A stretch of DNA of 64,000 bases from Vicinamibacteria bacterium (GCA_963422395.1 OY729431.1:352001-416000), one strand, 5' to 3'. Counted from the stretch's first letter, positions 47,062 to 57,579 are shown. The notes: generated by a model not told the origin, from the sequence alone. Numbers and translations: made by a program.

Positions 47062-49908
47062 ATGGCCAAAATGATCGAAACACAGAAGGCAATCGGAAGG
47101 CTGCTGCTGCTCGGGCTCACTCTGACCGCCGGCGCTGCGTTCGGCCAGGTGACCGGAACCATCCTGGGGACGGTGGCCGACGATCAGGGGCTCGTTCTTC
47201 CAGGGGGCACAGTCACCGTGACCTCGGATCAGCTCCCCGGCGGCCCGCGGTCGGTAGTGACGAATGCCTCGGGGCAATATCGGTTCCCGAACCTGCCGCC
47301 CGGCGACTACACACTCAACGTGGAGCTCTCCGGCTTCGGCACCTACCTCGAGGAGGGGATGGTCGTCCTGGTGGGAGGCACTACGGAGCGGGCGGTAGTA
47401 CTAGGGCTCGCCACAGTCTCCGAGACCGTGACGGTAACTGGCGAGAGTCCGGTCGTGGACACCAGAAAATCCGGCGTCTCGACGAACTTCTCCAACGAAT
47501 ACATGGAGAACACTCCGCTCCGCCGGTTCAGTTTCTTCGACTTCACGAAGAGCGCGCCGGGAATGTCCGCCACGAACCCGACGAGCGGCTCGAGCAGCCG
47601 GGTCTCGGCGTTCGGCTCGGGGGTGGACGAGAACAAATACCTGATGGACGGAGTGGACTTCACGGCGCCTGTGTCCGGAGCCGCGTGGCCGTGGCCGGAC
47701 ACCGATGTCATCGAGGAAATGGAGGTCGTCTCGCTCGGCGCGTCCGCAGAGTACGGCAACAGCCCGGGCGCCGTCTTCAATGTGGTGACCAAGCAGGGCA
47801 CCAATGAACTCCGCGGGGACGCCGCCTACTTCGGCATGTTCGACAGCCTGACTTCCAAGCCGATCAAGGTGAATGCGGATGGGGACATCGATCCCGACGG
47901 TTGGGGATTCACTCGCAACAAGTATCAGGATTTCACCGCACACCTCGGCGGTCCGATTCTCCGGGACCGCGTTTGGCTCTATGGCGGATACCAGTACCTC
48001 CAGGATTGGGACAACCAGCCAGGAACGAATCCAGCGAATCCGCGTGAGTTCGGAGCGCACCGGGTCTTCTGGAAACTGACCGCGGACATCACTCCGGACA
48101 TCAAGTTCATGCACACCTATCACGACGACTACTGGGTCATCCCCTCGACGCCTTCGATCAGTCGTCCGTTCGAAACAGCCTGGACATACAGCGGCCGCAA
48201 TCCTTCGGTGACTTTCGGTCGGATCACCCACATTCTGTCTGCCAGCACTTTCTACGAAGTAGGCCTTTCCGGTTTCTATTCACCGCGTGACCTCAGCGAG
48301 CCCAACAATCCGGGAGTTCCGCGCCGTAACGACATCGACAACGGCACTGCCTCGGGCGGAGCGTCCAGCTACGACATCTTCAAGCAAGGGCGCACCGAAA
48401 TGAAAGCCAAGGTCAGTCACTACACGAGTGGCTGGTTGGGGGCCGATCACGATTTCAAGTTCGGGGTCCAGTATGTGATCGGAAACCACAGCAGCCACGG
48501 CGGCTATACCCCGGGTCCGAATTACCCGGGCGGCGTCGTCTACTACGACAACGGCGATGGAAGTCCGAACTACATCCTGCTCGGAACGAACTACAACACC
48601 GGCGGGGAATTCCGGGAGACCGGTGTCTTCGCGGAAGATGTCATCAACATCGGCAACCGGGTAACGCTGTCCGCAGGGATCCGGTTCGACCGGGTCCGGG
48701 GAATCAGTCAGGATCTGGACAACCTCGTCGTGACCGACATCGCAGCACTGGAGTTCGACCCACAGGGAACCGTTACCGGTCGAGGCGAGCTCTACGAGTG
48801 GAGGAACTGGGGCCCGCGCGTGGGCTTCAATGTCAAACTCGATGATGCCGGCACGACGATCCTGCGGGGTAACTGGGGCCGTTTCTACCGTACCGCGATC
48901 ACGGGCGAGCTCTCCAGTATCCATCCCGGACAGGCATCCTCTCAGGAGTGGTACTGGAACGCCGACACCCGGTTGTACGACGATCCCGGGCCCAAATACG
49001 AAGCGGCTACCAATTTCGGTTTCGATCCTGATGCTTCTTCGCCGCGCACCGATCAATTTTCTGTCGGTTTCGACCGGGAGCTGGCGACCAATCTCGCGTT
49101 CGGCTTCACCTATGTTCGGAAGGACCAGAGCGATCTGCTCGGCTGGAATGTGGACAACGCTACCTACACTACGGTTCCCTGGATTGCGGAGAACGGGCAG
49201 ACGATCGATGTCTATCCGATCGCCTCAGATCCGGACGATCGATACTTTCGATTGAGCAATGTCACTTGCACGGGTGTCTCCTACCGATGCGATCCGATGT
49301 TCATGGATTACAACGGATTGGTCTTCACCGTGAACAAGCGTATGTCGAACAACTGGCAGGCACAGGTTTCCTATGTCTGGTCAGAGACATACGGCCTTTT
49401 GCCATCGAGCGGTTTCGGGGTGTCGTCCAGCCAGACGACGCGCGTCTACGGCAGCTCGCTCGCCCGAGATCCGAACCAGTTCATCAACGCTACCGGAAAC
49501 CTGCTGAACGACCGGACACATACTTTCAGGCTCACCGGGGCGATCATCGCTCCGGGCGACATCCTGCTCGGCTTCAACTACGCGTTCTTCAACGGCAAGC
49601 CCTGGGGTGCGAAGACCAATGTGCCGGCGGATGTGCTCCCGCAAGGAAGGCAGTCGATATTTCTCGAGCCGCCGGGCACGAGCCGTCTCGAAAGTCAGAA
49701 CCTCTTGGATTTCCGCATATCCCGGGCTTTCTACTTCGGGGCGGATGCCACGGCGAAGATCGAACCATTCATCGATGTTCTCAACACCTTCGATTCCACG
49801 GCTACGGAGGCCCTGGGGTCTCAGAACTTCGGCTCCGGTATCTTCGGGATCGGCGAACGCTGGATCGATCCGCGCCGTGCCTTCGTCGGCGTGAAGTTCG
49901 CGTTCTGA
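47062..49908 (+). CDS. TonB-dependent receptor-like outer-membrane protein (paralogue of 22102..25005)
   Basis: GTVADDQGLVLPG.TVT, ETVTVTGESPVVD, HLGGPILRDRVW, WGPRVGF, terminal VKFAF. Confidence 0.9.
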   Translation: MAKMIETQKAIGRLLLLGLTLTAGAAFGQVTGTILGTVADDQGLVLPGGTVTVTSDQLPGGPRSVVTNASGQYRFPNLPPGDYTLNVELSGFGTYLEEGMVVLVGGTTERAVVLGLATVSETVTVTGESPVVDTRKSGVSTNFSNEYMENTPLRRFSFFDFTKSAPGMSATNPTSGSSSRVSAFGSGVDENKYLMDGVDFTAPVSGAAWPWPDTDVIEEMEVVSLGASAEYGNSPGAVFNVVTKQGTNELRGDAAYFGMFDSLTSKPIKVNADGDIDPDGWGFTRNKYQDFTAHLGGPILRDRVWLYGGYQYLQDWDNQPGTNPANPREFGAHRVFWKLTADITPDIKFMHTYHDDYWVIPSTPSISRPFETAWTYSGRNPSVTFGRITHILSASTFYEVGLSGFYSPRDLSEPNNPGVPRRNDIDNGTASGGASSYDIFKQGRTEMKAKVSHYTSGWLGADHDFKFGVQYVIGNHSSHGGYTPGPNYPGGVVYYDNGDGSPNYILLGTNYNTGGEFRETGVFAEDVINIGNRVTLSAGIRFDRVRGISQDLDNLVVTDIAALEFDPQGTVTGRGELYEWRNWGPRVGFNVKLDDAGTTILRGNWGRFYRTAITGELSSIHPGQASSQEWYWNADTRLYDDPGPKYEAATNFGFDPDASSPRTDQFSVGFDRELATNLAFGFTYVRKDQSDLLGWNVDNATYTTVPWIAENGQTIDVYPIASDPDDRYFRLSNVTCTGVSYRCDPMFMDYNGLVFTVNKRMSNNWQAQVSYVWSETYGLLPSSGFGVSSSQTTRVYGSSLARDPNQFINATGNLLNDRTHTFRLTGAIIAPGDILLGFNYAFFNGKPWGAKTNVPADVLPQGRQSIFLEPPGTSRLESQNLLDFRISRAFYFGADATAKIEPFIDVLNTFDSTATEALGSQNFGSGIFGIGERWIDPRRAFVGVKFAF

Positions 49909-50041
49909 TTTCGGGTCGGCACTTCTGCCAGCAGTCCGTGGGTGAGGTGGCGCGAGCCCCAAGAGCGGTCCGGTTCTCCCGGTGGGGCGCACGTGGCAGG
50001 CGGAATGCGATTCGGGAGGTATACCGGTAGGATTCGGGACG

Positions 50042-51583
50042 ATGCGCCGCGTTCTGGATCGCTTGGGGCTCGCTGACGGAGTTCCCGGGGTGTGCTCCGG
50101 CCCGGAGTCCTGGATTCTCACCGGCGAGTCGGCACTCGTTTCCCGGAACCCATCGACCGGAGAGGCGATCGCCGGGGTGATTCCGGCGGACTCTCATGCC
50201 CTGGAAGCGGTCGTCGGGGCAGCGGGGCGGGCGTTCTGCTCCTTCCGGGAAATTCCGGCGCCGAAGCGCGGCGAGCTGGTGCGGGACCTGGGGAATGCGC
50301 TGCGCGAGGACCAGGAGCCCCTCGGCGAGCTGATCTCGCTCGAGGCGGGGAAGATCCGGGCGGAGGGCTTGGGCGAAGTCCAGGAGATGATCGACATCTG
50401 CGACTTCGCAGTGGGGCTCTCCCGCCAGCTCTATGGGCTGACGATGGCTTCGGAACGCCCCGGTCACCGCATGTTCGAGCAGTGGCATCCGCTCGGGCCG
50501 GTGGCGGTCATCACCGCATTCAACTTTCCGATGGCCGTCTGGTCCTGGAACGCCGCGATCGCTGCCGTCTGCGGTGACCCGGTGATCTGGAAACCGTCGG
50601 AGCACACTCCGCTCTGTGCGGTCGCGGTCCAGAACATCGCGAACCGGGTGATGGACGACCACGGAGTTTCCGGCGTCTTCGATCTGGTGGTGGGCGGCGG
50701 AGACCTCGGGGCCCGGCTCGCCGCCGATCGGCGCCTGCCGCTCGTTTCCTTCACCGGTTCGACCCGGGTGGGGCGCCGGGTGGCCAGTGAGGTCGCCGGG
50801 CGGCTCGGGCGCTGCCTCCTCGAGCTCGGCGGGAACAATGCGGCGGTGGTCAGCCGAAACGCCGATCTCGATCTCGCGGTGCGAGCCATCGTCTTCGGCT
50901 CGGTGGGCACGACCGGGCAGCGGTGTACCACCACGCGCCGGGTGTTCGCCGACCGGGCGGTCTCCGGACCGCTCGTCGAACGGCTCGCGGACGCCTACCG
51001 GCAGGTGCCCCTGGGCGATCCGCTCGATCCGGGGACGCTCATGGGGCCGCTCATCTCGCAGGATGCGGTCCGGCAGATGGAGCAGGCGCTGTCCCGGGCG
51101 GCCGAAGAAGGCGGAACCGTCGTCTGCGGCGGCCGTCGCCGGCCCGACCTGGGCCCGAATCAAGTGGAGCCGGCAATCGTCAAGATGCCTGCGCAGACCG
51201 CTCTGGTCGCCGAGGAGACCTTCGCTCCCATCCTCTATGTGCTGGAGACCGACTCACTGGAACAGGCGATCGCGCTGCACAACGAGGTGCCGCAGGGCCT
51301 TTCGTCGGCGATCTTCACCGACAGTCTGCGCGAAGCGGAGACCTTCCTGTCGGTGCGGGGCTCCGACTGCGGCATCGCCAATGTGAACATCGGCACTTCC
51401 GGCGCGGAGATCGGCGGCGCTTTCGGCGGCGAGAAGGACACCGGCGGCGGCCGGGAATCCGGTTCCGATGCCTGGAAGGCGTACATGCGCCGTCAGACGA
51501 ACACGATCAACGGGTCGAAGGATCTGCCGCTCGCGCAGGGAATCGAGTTCGGAGGACCGCAGGCTGGAGAAGGAGACGCCTGA
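50042..51583 (+). CDS. Aldehyde dehydrogenase family 7 (piperideine-6-carboxylate dehydrogenase-like)
   Basis: EVQEMIDICDFAVGLSRQLYG, ITAFNFP, LELGGNN, GQRCT, GAFGGEKDTGGGRESGSDAWK. Confidence 0.93.
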   Translation: MRRVLDRLGLADGVPGVCSGPESWILTGESALVSRNPSTGEAIAGVIPADSHALEAVVGAAGRAFCSFREIPAPKRGELVRDLGNALREDQEPLGELISLEAGKIRAEGLGEVQEMIDICDFAVGLSRQLYGLTMASERPGHRMFEQWHPLGPVAVITAFNFPMAVWSWNAAIAAVCGDPVIWKPSEHTPLCAVAVQNIANRVMDDHGVSGVFDLVVGGGDLGARLAADRRLPLVSFTGSTRVGRRVASEVAGRLGRCLLELGGNNAAVVSRNADLDLAVRAIVFGSVGTTGQRCTTTRRVFADRAVSGPLVERLADAYRQVPLGDPLDPGTLMGPLISQDAVRQMEQALSRAAEEGGTVVCGGRRRPDLGPNQVEPAIVKMPAQTALVAEETFAPILYVLETDSLEQAIALHNEVPQGLSSAIFTDSLREAETFLSVRGSDCGIANVNIGTSGAEIGGAFGGEKDTGGGRESGSDAWKAYMRRQTNTINGSKDLPLAQGIEFGGPQAGEGDA

Positions 51584-51777
51584 TGCGGCGAAACGGATCG
51601 AGGCCGATCGTGCCTGCGGCTCGGGCAGGTGTTTTCTCGCTTTCCCGAGGATCCGGCGTTCGAAATCGGCCGAGCGCGGTTGCTGCTCGCGGAAGGGGAT
51701 CCCGCTCCTGACGAGAGCCGGGGCCGCTTCCGGCTCAACAGCCCTTTGGACGAAGACTGCTAGGAAGAGCGCCCGGC

Positions 51778-53349
51778 TCAGGGTTCGGGCGGAGCTGGTA
51801 ACTCGGGCGGAGCCGGTAACTCGGGCGGAGCCGGTAACTCAGGCGGAGCCGGGGGCAGAACCGGCTCTCGCGCGGCGATGAACCGGCGGGCGATCTCCTC
51901 CCACCCTGCGGCGGTCAGGAGCAGCGTCCGCTCGTCGTCGGTTCGGAGGGCCTGCGCTTCACCGTTCGCCAAGACGGTGAAGCGTACCGATTCCGGCCCG
52001 GTTTCCGCCGGCTCCTCGAAGCCTTCGCTTTCTTCTTCGCGAACGGTGATGGTCCAGCGGGCGCCTTCCGCCGGGAGGTCTGCCCCGCCGAGGCTCTCTG
52101 CGTCCGTCGAGTTCAGTTCGTAGAGCAGGTCCTCGACGGCACCCGCATCCGTGGCGGTCGGGTCGGCTCCGTCCAGCGCGAGGGTCCACTCTCGGCCCTC
52201 TTCCCCCTCGCGGCGCCGGAACACCGCCTCACCTTCCGGGGCGAGGACCCGCAACTCGACGGCGCGGAAAGCGGCGAACCGGAAGAGGCGAAGCGACCGG
52301 ACGCCCGCCAGACCGTCCGCCGCACTCCCGAGCAGCTCTTCGAAGAGAGATGCCGGGAGGACGAAGATCTGGGGATCCGATTCCAGCCGGGCGAAGACGC
52401 CCGGGGGCGTCCGGCTCTCGCTCCCGAAATGGAGGGTACGCGAAACGGCGGTCTCTTCAGGTCCGGCGAGATCGAATTCGGCAGTGAGGCGGGGTGCGGT
52501 GAGCCCGAATCGGTCGAGCGTCTCGCCTTCCCCGGGGGGCTCCCCCGGCCCCGGAACGAGGCTCGTCATCGCCGCGTCGAGGAGGCGGCCCGCGAGTCGA
52601 GACGCCTCGTAAGGATCGGCCGCGAACCGGAAGGGGCGGAGGATCCGCCAGACGCCGGCCTCGCGCACGAGTTCCACCGTTTCTTCCTCGGCGGTCAGGC
52701 GGAGCCGGCGGGACGACGCCGACTCGATCCGGAAGACCCGTTTGTCCCGCAGCTCCCAGGCGCTCTTGTCGAAGTTGTCCCGCGCGAAGGCGGGAACGAC
52801 GAGCACCGAGTCTCCGAACTGGAGGTAACGGTTGCCCGGCGCCGGAGTCTCGCTGCCGAAGCCGACCGTTTCAGCGCCGCTCGGAGTGACGATGCGCAGG
52901 GAGAGGCCGGGCGGCGCGAGGCCGAAAGCGGGGAGGTCGGCTTCGGGCACATCGGGGATTTCACGCTCGAAGCGAAGCGAAGTCAGGTTCTGGAGGAGCA
53001 GGTCCACCTCGGCGGAGTCCGCGGGGACGCTGTCGCTTGCCTGCCTCCGGGTTTCCGACAGCGGGGATCGGCCGATCGGGAGTTCGTCGTCGGGGGTTTC
53101 TTCCAAGGCGAGTTCTCCCGAGAGGAGTTCGCTGACGAGGAAGCCGCCCTCGGCTTTGCGGGCGAGGCGCACCCCGGCTTCGCCCGAAGGTCCTTCGGGC
53201 CGTCCGATCTCGATGACGAGAACTTCCGCCAGGTCCACCTCGAAGACCGCTTCGTCTCCGGCGGATTCCGGCTCGCCCCTTTCGAAGAGAGCGATCCAGC
53301 CGGCGACCGCCAGCGCGGTGAGGAGCGCGAGGATCGTGGTCCGCCGCAT
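51778..53349 (-). CDS. DUF4340-domain protein
   Basis: N-terminal TM, repeated FGL..P motifs, WELRDKRVF. Last gene of the Gld-like ABC operon. Confidence 0.8.
   Translation of the reverse strand: MRRTTILALLTALAVAGWIALFERGEPESAGDEAVFEVDLAEVLVIEIGRPEGPSGEAGVRLARKAEGGFLVSELLSGELALEETPDDELPIGRSPLSETRRQASDSVPADSAEVDLLLQNLTSLRFEREIPDVPEADLPAFGLAPPGLSLRIVTPSGAETVGFGSETPAPGNRYLQFGDSVLVVPAFARDNFDKSAWELRDKRVFRIESASSRRLRLTAEEETVELVREAGVWRILRPFRFAADPYEASRLAGRLLDAAMTSLVPGPGEPPGEGETLDRFGLTAPRLTAEFDLAGPEETAVSRTLHFGSESRTPPGVFARLESDPQIFVLPASLFEELLGSAADGLAGVRSLRLFRFAAFRAVELRVLAPEGEAVFRRREGEEGREWTLALDGADPTATDAGAVEDLLYELNSTDAESLGGADLPAEGARWTITVREEESEGFEEPAETGPESVRFTVLANGEAQALRTDDERTLLLTAAGWEEIARRFIAAREPVLPPAPPELPAPPELPAPPELPAPPEP
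51785..51852. repeat. 18-bp tandem repeat, about 3.8 copies, encoding (APPELP)n
   Basis: TCGGGCGGAGCYGGTAAC at 51785, 51803 and 51821, with a partial copy at 51839. Confidence 0.9.
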
Positions 53350-53380
53350 CTTGCGCGCTTCCCTCGCTCTTCCGGCCGTC

Positions 53381-54865
53381 TCAGCGGCGCGACCACCACA
53401 CCGCGATCCCCCAAACGAGGAAGAATCCCGGCAGAAAGACCAGACTGAACAGCACGGTGTTCCGTACTTGCGCCGCAGTCATCGTGATCCTCCGGTCCTC
53501 GGCGCGGCGGGGGCGGATCGCGATCAGATCCTCGTCCTCGGTGAGCCAGTGCACCATGTTGAGAAACAGGTCGGCGTTACCGAGCGGCGCGAGCGCCAGG
53601 TCGTTGCCGATGAAGTCGGAATCCCCGACGATCACCAGGCGGCCTTCGGGCGGGGCGGGCGCTTCCTCGTCGGCAGTGGATCCTTCGCTGCCGCTTCCGC
53701 TCTCGACCTGCACTGCGGCGGCGAGGGTGAGCGGGCCCGCGCGGTCTTCGTCCCCAGGGCTCAGCTCCCCGCTCTCGAGCTCCTCCGCGCTCCGCTCTCC
53801 CCAGCTCGCGTCGGAGGTCATCACCAGCTCGGAGATGCGCACCCCTTCCGGCCGGTCGTCTGGTTCGGCGGGGACGAGGCTCTGGGCCAGCGAAAAGACC
53901 GACCCCGTGTTCTGGAAGCCGCGGGTGATCGGATGGAACCCGTAGGCGGAGGCGAGCGGAGTCGCCACTCCATAGCCGAAGAGCTGGCCGACGCCGCTCG
54001 CGTCGATGACCACATCCCCGGCGGGGGGCACCCCGAACTCTCCGGCGAGATCGAGAAGCCGCGTCCTCGGGTCCGGTGAACCCAGCGGCTGCGGTGGGTC
54101 GAAGAGCAGCATCAACTCGCCTCCGCTGCGGACATGCGCCCGGAGCGCCTCTGCCTCAGCTTCGAGCAGGTCGAGCCGGGGGTTCGCCAGGACCACCGCG
54201 GCGGCGTCCTCCGGGACCGCTACCGCACCGTCCGCCACGGTTTCCAGCAGCCCGAGCTCGGCGACCTCGTAGTTCGATTCCTCGAGGCGCGACCGGATCG
54301 CCGAGAGCCCGCCGGCGCCGGTTTCGTCGAGCGAGAGTTCCTGGTGACCTGTCGTGAAATAGACCTTCTTCGTCTCGCCCTTCAGCAAGGTCACGATGGC
54401 GTTCGTGATGTCCTGTTCCTGCGGTGCAGCGACCCGTTCCTGCCGGTCTCCGGACTGGACGACCACCGTCCCGAAGGGGATTCGGGCCTCGGTGGCGGTC
54501 TGGTAGGCGCTCGCCCGGGCGGGCTCCGCCTCTTGGTCGATGACCTCCCAGGCGATGCGAGCGGAGTGGTCGGCGTAACGCTCGAAGAGCTCGATGGTAC
54601 GCCCCGCGGCCCGCGGCTGGTCGAGCACCACGAGCCGCACTTCCCGGTCGAGGTCTTCGAGGATGCGGATCGTCTGCGGGGCGAGGCTGAAGAGGCCGCC
54701 GCTCGTCAGGTCCCAAGAGAGGTTCCGCCGGTTCGCCACATGGTTGACTCCGGCGGCGGCGGCGAGCAGCAGCAGTGCGGTGAGCCCCACCTGGGCACCC
54801 TCCCGCGCGCTCCTTCGGGAGAGCCCGGCGCGGAGCCGGTGGAGCTGTGCTCTCAACCGCGCCAC
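53381..54865 (-). CDS. GldG-family ABC auxiliary protein
   Basis: WDLT....FSLAPQT, KKVYFTTGH.E, IVGDSDF, GNADLFLN.V.WL, C-terminal TM WW.RR. Confidence 0.88.
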   Translation of the reverse strand: MARLRAQLHRLRAGLSRRSAREGAQVGLTALLLLAAAAGVNHVANRRNLSWDLTSGGLFSLAPQTIRILEDLDREVRLVVLDQPRAAGRTIELFERYADHSARIAWEVIDQEAEPARASAYQTATEARIPFGTVVVQSGDRQERVAAPQEQDITNAIVTLLKGETKKVYFTTGHQELSLDETGAGGLSAIRSRLEESNYEVAELGLLETVADGAVAVPEDAAAVVLANPRLDLLEAEAEALRAHVRSGGELMLLFDPPQPLGSPDPRTRLLDLAGEFGVPPAGDVVIDASGVGQLFGYGVATPLASAYGFHPITRGFQNTGSVFSLAQSLVPAEPDDRPEGVRISELVMTSDASWGERSAEELESGELSPGDEDRAGPLTLAAAVQVESGSGSEGSTADEEAPAPPEGRLVIVGDSDFIGNDLALAPLGNADLFLNMVHWLTEDEDLIAIRPRRAEDRRITMTAAQVRNTVLFSLVFLPGFFLVWGIAVWWSRR

Positions 54866-55623
54866 CGGCGCGAGCGCAGCGACTCGCGGGTCAGGAACAG
54901 CCAGAACCCGGCGAAGGACAGATAGAACACCAGATCACGGATGGTGATGACCCCGCGGGCGAAGTCCTCGAGGTGGCCGGTGACCGAGAGGTAAGCGAGC
55001 AGCCGGCCGCCAGCCCCGCCGCGCTGCCCGGCGAACTCGAGCAGCCAGAGCACGAGCAGCGCTCCGAAGGTGAGGAGTCCAGCCACGATCTGGTTGCGGG
55101 TCAGGCTGGAGAAGAAGAGGCCGAGGGCGAGGAGGGCGGCGCCGAGGAGGGCGAGGCCGAGATAGGCGGCGAGGATCGGGGCGACCTCCGGCTGCGAGTA
55201 CCAGAAGAGCACCGCGAGGTGGAGGAGGGTCATGGCGAGCATCACGCCGTAGAGCGCGAACGCGGCGAGGAACTTTCCGAACACGATCTGACCGTCGGTC
55301 ACCGGGGCGGTGAGCAGCAGTTCGATGGTCCCCGAGCGGATCTCCTCGGACACCGTGCGCATCGAGAGCAGCGGCATCAGGAACAGCACCAGGATCGCGG
55401 CGCTCGCCATCAGCCAGCGGATCAGATCGCTGTTCACATCGAGGGTGCCGCCGCTGCCTCCCCCCATCCGGCTCATCCGCATCCCGGCCTCGACGAAGCT
55501 TTGGAGATAGTCGGCGAAGAAGTAGCCGAAAAGGAACGCGAAGGCGCCGAAGAGCACATAGGCGACCGGGGAGGCGAGGGCCGCCGCGATTTCCCGGCGG
55601 GCGATGGTGAGTGCGTTCCTCAC
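54853..55623 (-). CDS. ABC-2 permease (GldF-like)
   Basis: IARRE....SP.AY, PLLSMR..SEE.RSGTIELLLTAP, SSLT.NQIVA. Confidence 0.9.
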   Translation of the reverse strand: MRNALTIARREIAAALASPVAYVLFGAFAFLFGYFFADYLQSFVEAGMRMSRMGGGSGGTLDVNSDLIRWLMASAAILVLFLMPLLSMRTVSEEIRSGTIELLLTAPVTDGQIVFGKFLAAFALYGVMLAMTLLHLAVLFWYSQPEVAPILAAYLGLALLGAALLALGLFFSSLTRNQIVAGLLTFGALLVLWLLEFAGQRGGAGGRLLAYLSVTGHLEDFARGVITIRDLVFYLSFAGFWLFLTRESLRSRRWRG

Positions 55624-56720
55624 GAGGCCGTCTCCGCCGGTTCCCGCGCTTTGCCGGTTTCTTCGCCGTTCCCGATCCTGGCTTCGCCGCCGTCTGCGGC
55701 GCGGGTCTCCCCGTCGCTGGTCTCGCCGGCCTCGTCGGTCGTCAGCGCCAGGTACACCTCTTCGAGGCTCGCCCCGCCGCGGCGGAGCCCGTAGAGCGGG
55801 CAGCCGGCGTCGAGCAGCGCCCTCGCCAGCTCGGTCCGCCGGTCCCCCCGGAGGCCGGTTCGCAGATCGGGGGCCTCGATCTCGACCTGCAGGATGCGGG
55901 CCCCCTCAGCCGCCTCCGGACCGACGACCTCCACGGAGGCCACCCCCGGCAGCGCCCGAAGCGCCGCCCGGGCCCGGTCCGGAGAGCCTGCCGGAGTGCC
56001 CTCGGTCTCGATCTCGATGAATTCACGGCTGCGCCCCGCTGCGCCCAGCCGAGCGACCAACCGTTCCGGGGTGTCCTCGGCGCGGAGGCGTCCCTCGCTG
56101 ATGATGACCACCCGGTCGCAGGTGACCGAGACCTCGGGGAGGATGTGGGTCGAAAGCACCACCGTCCGCTCCCCGGCGAGTTCGCGGATCAGACAGCGCG
56201 TCTCGTGGATCTGCTTCGGGTCGAGTCCTGCTGTCGGCTCGTCGAGGACCAGCACTTCGGGATCGTGGACGAGCGCCTGCGCGAGCCCCACCCGTTGGCG
56301 GTACCCCCGGCTCAACTTCCCGATGATCGTTCTCCGGACATCTCCGAGCGCGCAGCGGGCGACGGCACGGTCCACAGCTCCCGGAACCCGGCTTCCGGGG
56401 ACGCCCCGGAGCCGCGCGGCGAACCCGAGGAAGCCGGAGACCTCCATCTCCGGGTAGAGCGGCGGGGTCTCGGGCAGGTACCCGATCTTGCGCCGGGCGG
56501 CGAGCGGCGCTTCGGAGATGTCCAGACCGGTGATCAGCACCCGGCCCTCGCTCGGCGGCATGAAGCCGGTGATGATCCGCATGGTGGTCGTCTTGCCGGC
56601 GCCGTTCGGACCGAGGAAACCCAGGACCTCGCCCTTCTCGACCGCGAAATGCAGCCCGCTGACCGCGAGCGCCGGCCCGTACCGCTTGGAAACGCGGTCC
56701 ACCAGGATGACGGGTTCCAC
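55620..56720 (-). CDS. ABC ATP-binding protein (GldA-like)
   Basis: GPNGAGKTT, IGYLPE.PPLY, LSRGYRQRVGLAQA, LDEPTAGLDP, STHILPEV. Confidence 0.92.
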   Translation of the reverse strand: MEPVILVDRVSKRYGPALAVSGLHFAVEKGEVLGFLGPNGAGKTTTMRIITGFMPPSEGRVLITGLDISEAPLAARRKIGYLPETPPLYPEMEVSGFLGFAARLRGVPGSRVPGAVDRAVARCALGDVRRTIIGKLSRGYRQRVGLAQALVHDPEVLVLDEPTAGLDPKQIHETRCLIRELAGERTVVLSTHILPEVSVTCDRVVIISEGRLRAEDTPERLVARLGAAGRSREFIEIETEGTPAGSPDRARAALRALPGVASVEVVGPEAAEGARILQVEIEAPDLRTGLRGDRRTELARALLDAGCPLYGLRRGGASLEEVYLALTTDEAGETSDGETRAADGGEARIGNGEETGKAREPAETAS

Positions 56721-56857
56721 GGGTGCTTTCAGGCGGTGGTATCGGTGTCGAGTGCGAATCCGGTGGAGAGTTCGGCTGGAATCCTGCAGGCGGCCAGAAG
56801 GAGGCGGAGGGCCGGGCAGTCTATACTGGCGCGAAGGCTGTTCGACCCGAGGCTCCC

Positions 56858-57508
56858 ATGCGTTTTCGCCGTTCGATGCTCTTTCCTTCCTGGCGCTCCG
56901 CCGCGCCTTTCGCCGGGCTCGGATTGGCATTCGCCGGTCTGGCGGCCGGGGTCGGCCTTTCCGCCTGTACCGACGCTGGTGCGGGCGAGATCGCGCGGGG
57001 CATGGAAATGACCGATCTCGTCGCCTACTGGGGGGTTCGGGGCCAGGATGCCGAGGGCAACAACTACATCCGCCCCGCGGTCCGCTTTCGGCTGACGAAC
57101 CGAAATTCCGAACCGGTCCAGTATGTCCAGGTGATGTCGGTCTTCCGGCGGGAATCGGCGCCCGAGGAAGCGTGGGGTACTGGGTACCTCCACTCGGTCT
57201 CCGAAGCGGCGCTCGCGCCCGGCGAGGCGACCGCCGAGCACACGCTGCGGGCCGATTCCAACTACCTCTCGAAGGGCTCGCCGCAGCGGATGTTCGACAA
57301 CGCGCTCTGGGAGGATGTAGAGGTGGAGATGTTCGTGCGGGTTGGCGCTTCGACCTGGGTGTCCCAGGGCAAGACGGTCGCCCTGCGCCGGCTCGGCCCC
57401 CCGGGCGTCGAGAAGTACCTGGAACCGATCGACGAAGAACCCATCTACGGGCACCGCCCCTCGAAGGCAGACCCGGAAGGCTCCCCGGAGTCAGATTCTC
57501 GAAAGTGA
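56858..57508 (+). CDS. Hypothetical lipoprotein
   Basis: Lipobox LSAC, beta-rich mature domain, host-like codon usage. Confidence 0.65.
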   Translation: MRFRRSMLFPSWRSAAPFAGLGLAFAGLAAGVGLSACTDAGAGEIARGMEMTDLVAYWGVRGQDAEGNNYIRPAVRFRLTNRNSEPVQYVQVMSVFRRESAPEEAWGTGYLHSVSEAALAPGEATAEHTLRADSNYLSKGSPQRMFDNALWEDVEVEMFVRVGASTWVSQGKTVALRRLGPPGVEKYLEPIDEEPIYGHRPSKADPEGSPESDSRK

Positions 57509-57520
57509 CATATTTTGTCA
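57506..57520. promoter_or_regulatory. Operator-like palindrome upstream of the 2TM-ImmA/IrrE pair
   Basis: TGACA-TATTT-TGTCA within an AT-rich patch. Confidence 0.4.
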
Positions 57521-57579
57521 TGTTTTGCAGGCATACTTCCCCCGCCATGAGCAGGAACTAGGGATCCGGTTCGAGTCGG

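Noticed and set aside
20281-51763. Stop-codon read-through, since three relics (20284, 40085, 51584) are in frame with the upstream stop
   Set aside because: The other relics are not in frame, the stops differ (TGA/TAG), no SECIS-like element is seen, and chance explains the pattern.
51785-51852. Direct repeats as a CRISPR array
   Set aside because: The repeats are contiguous with no spacers, in frame within a CDS, and there are no cas genes.
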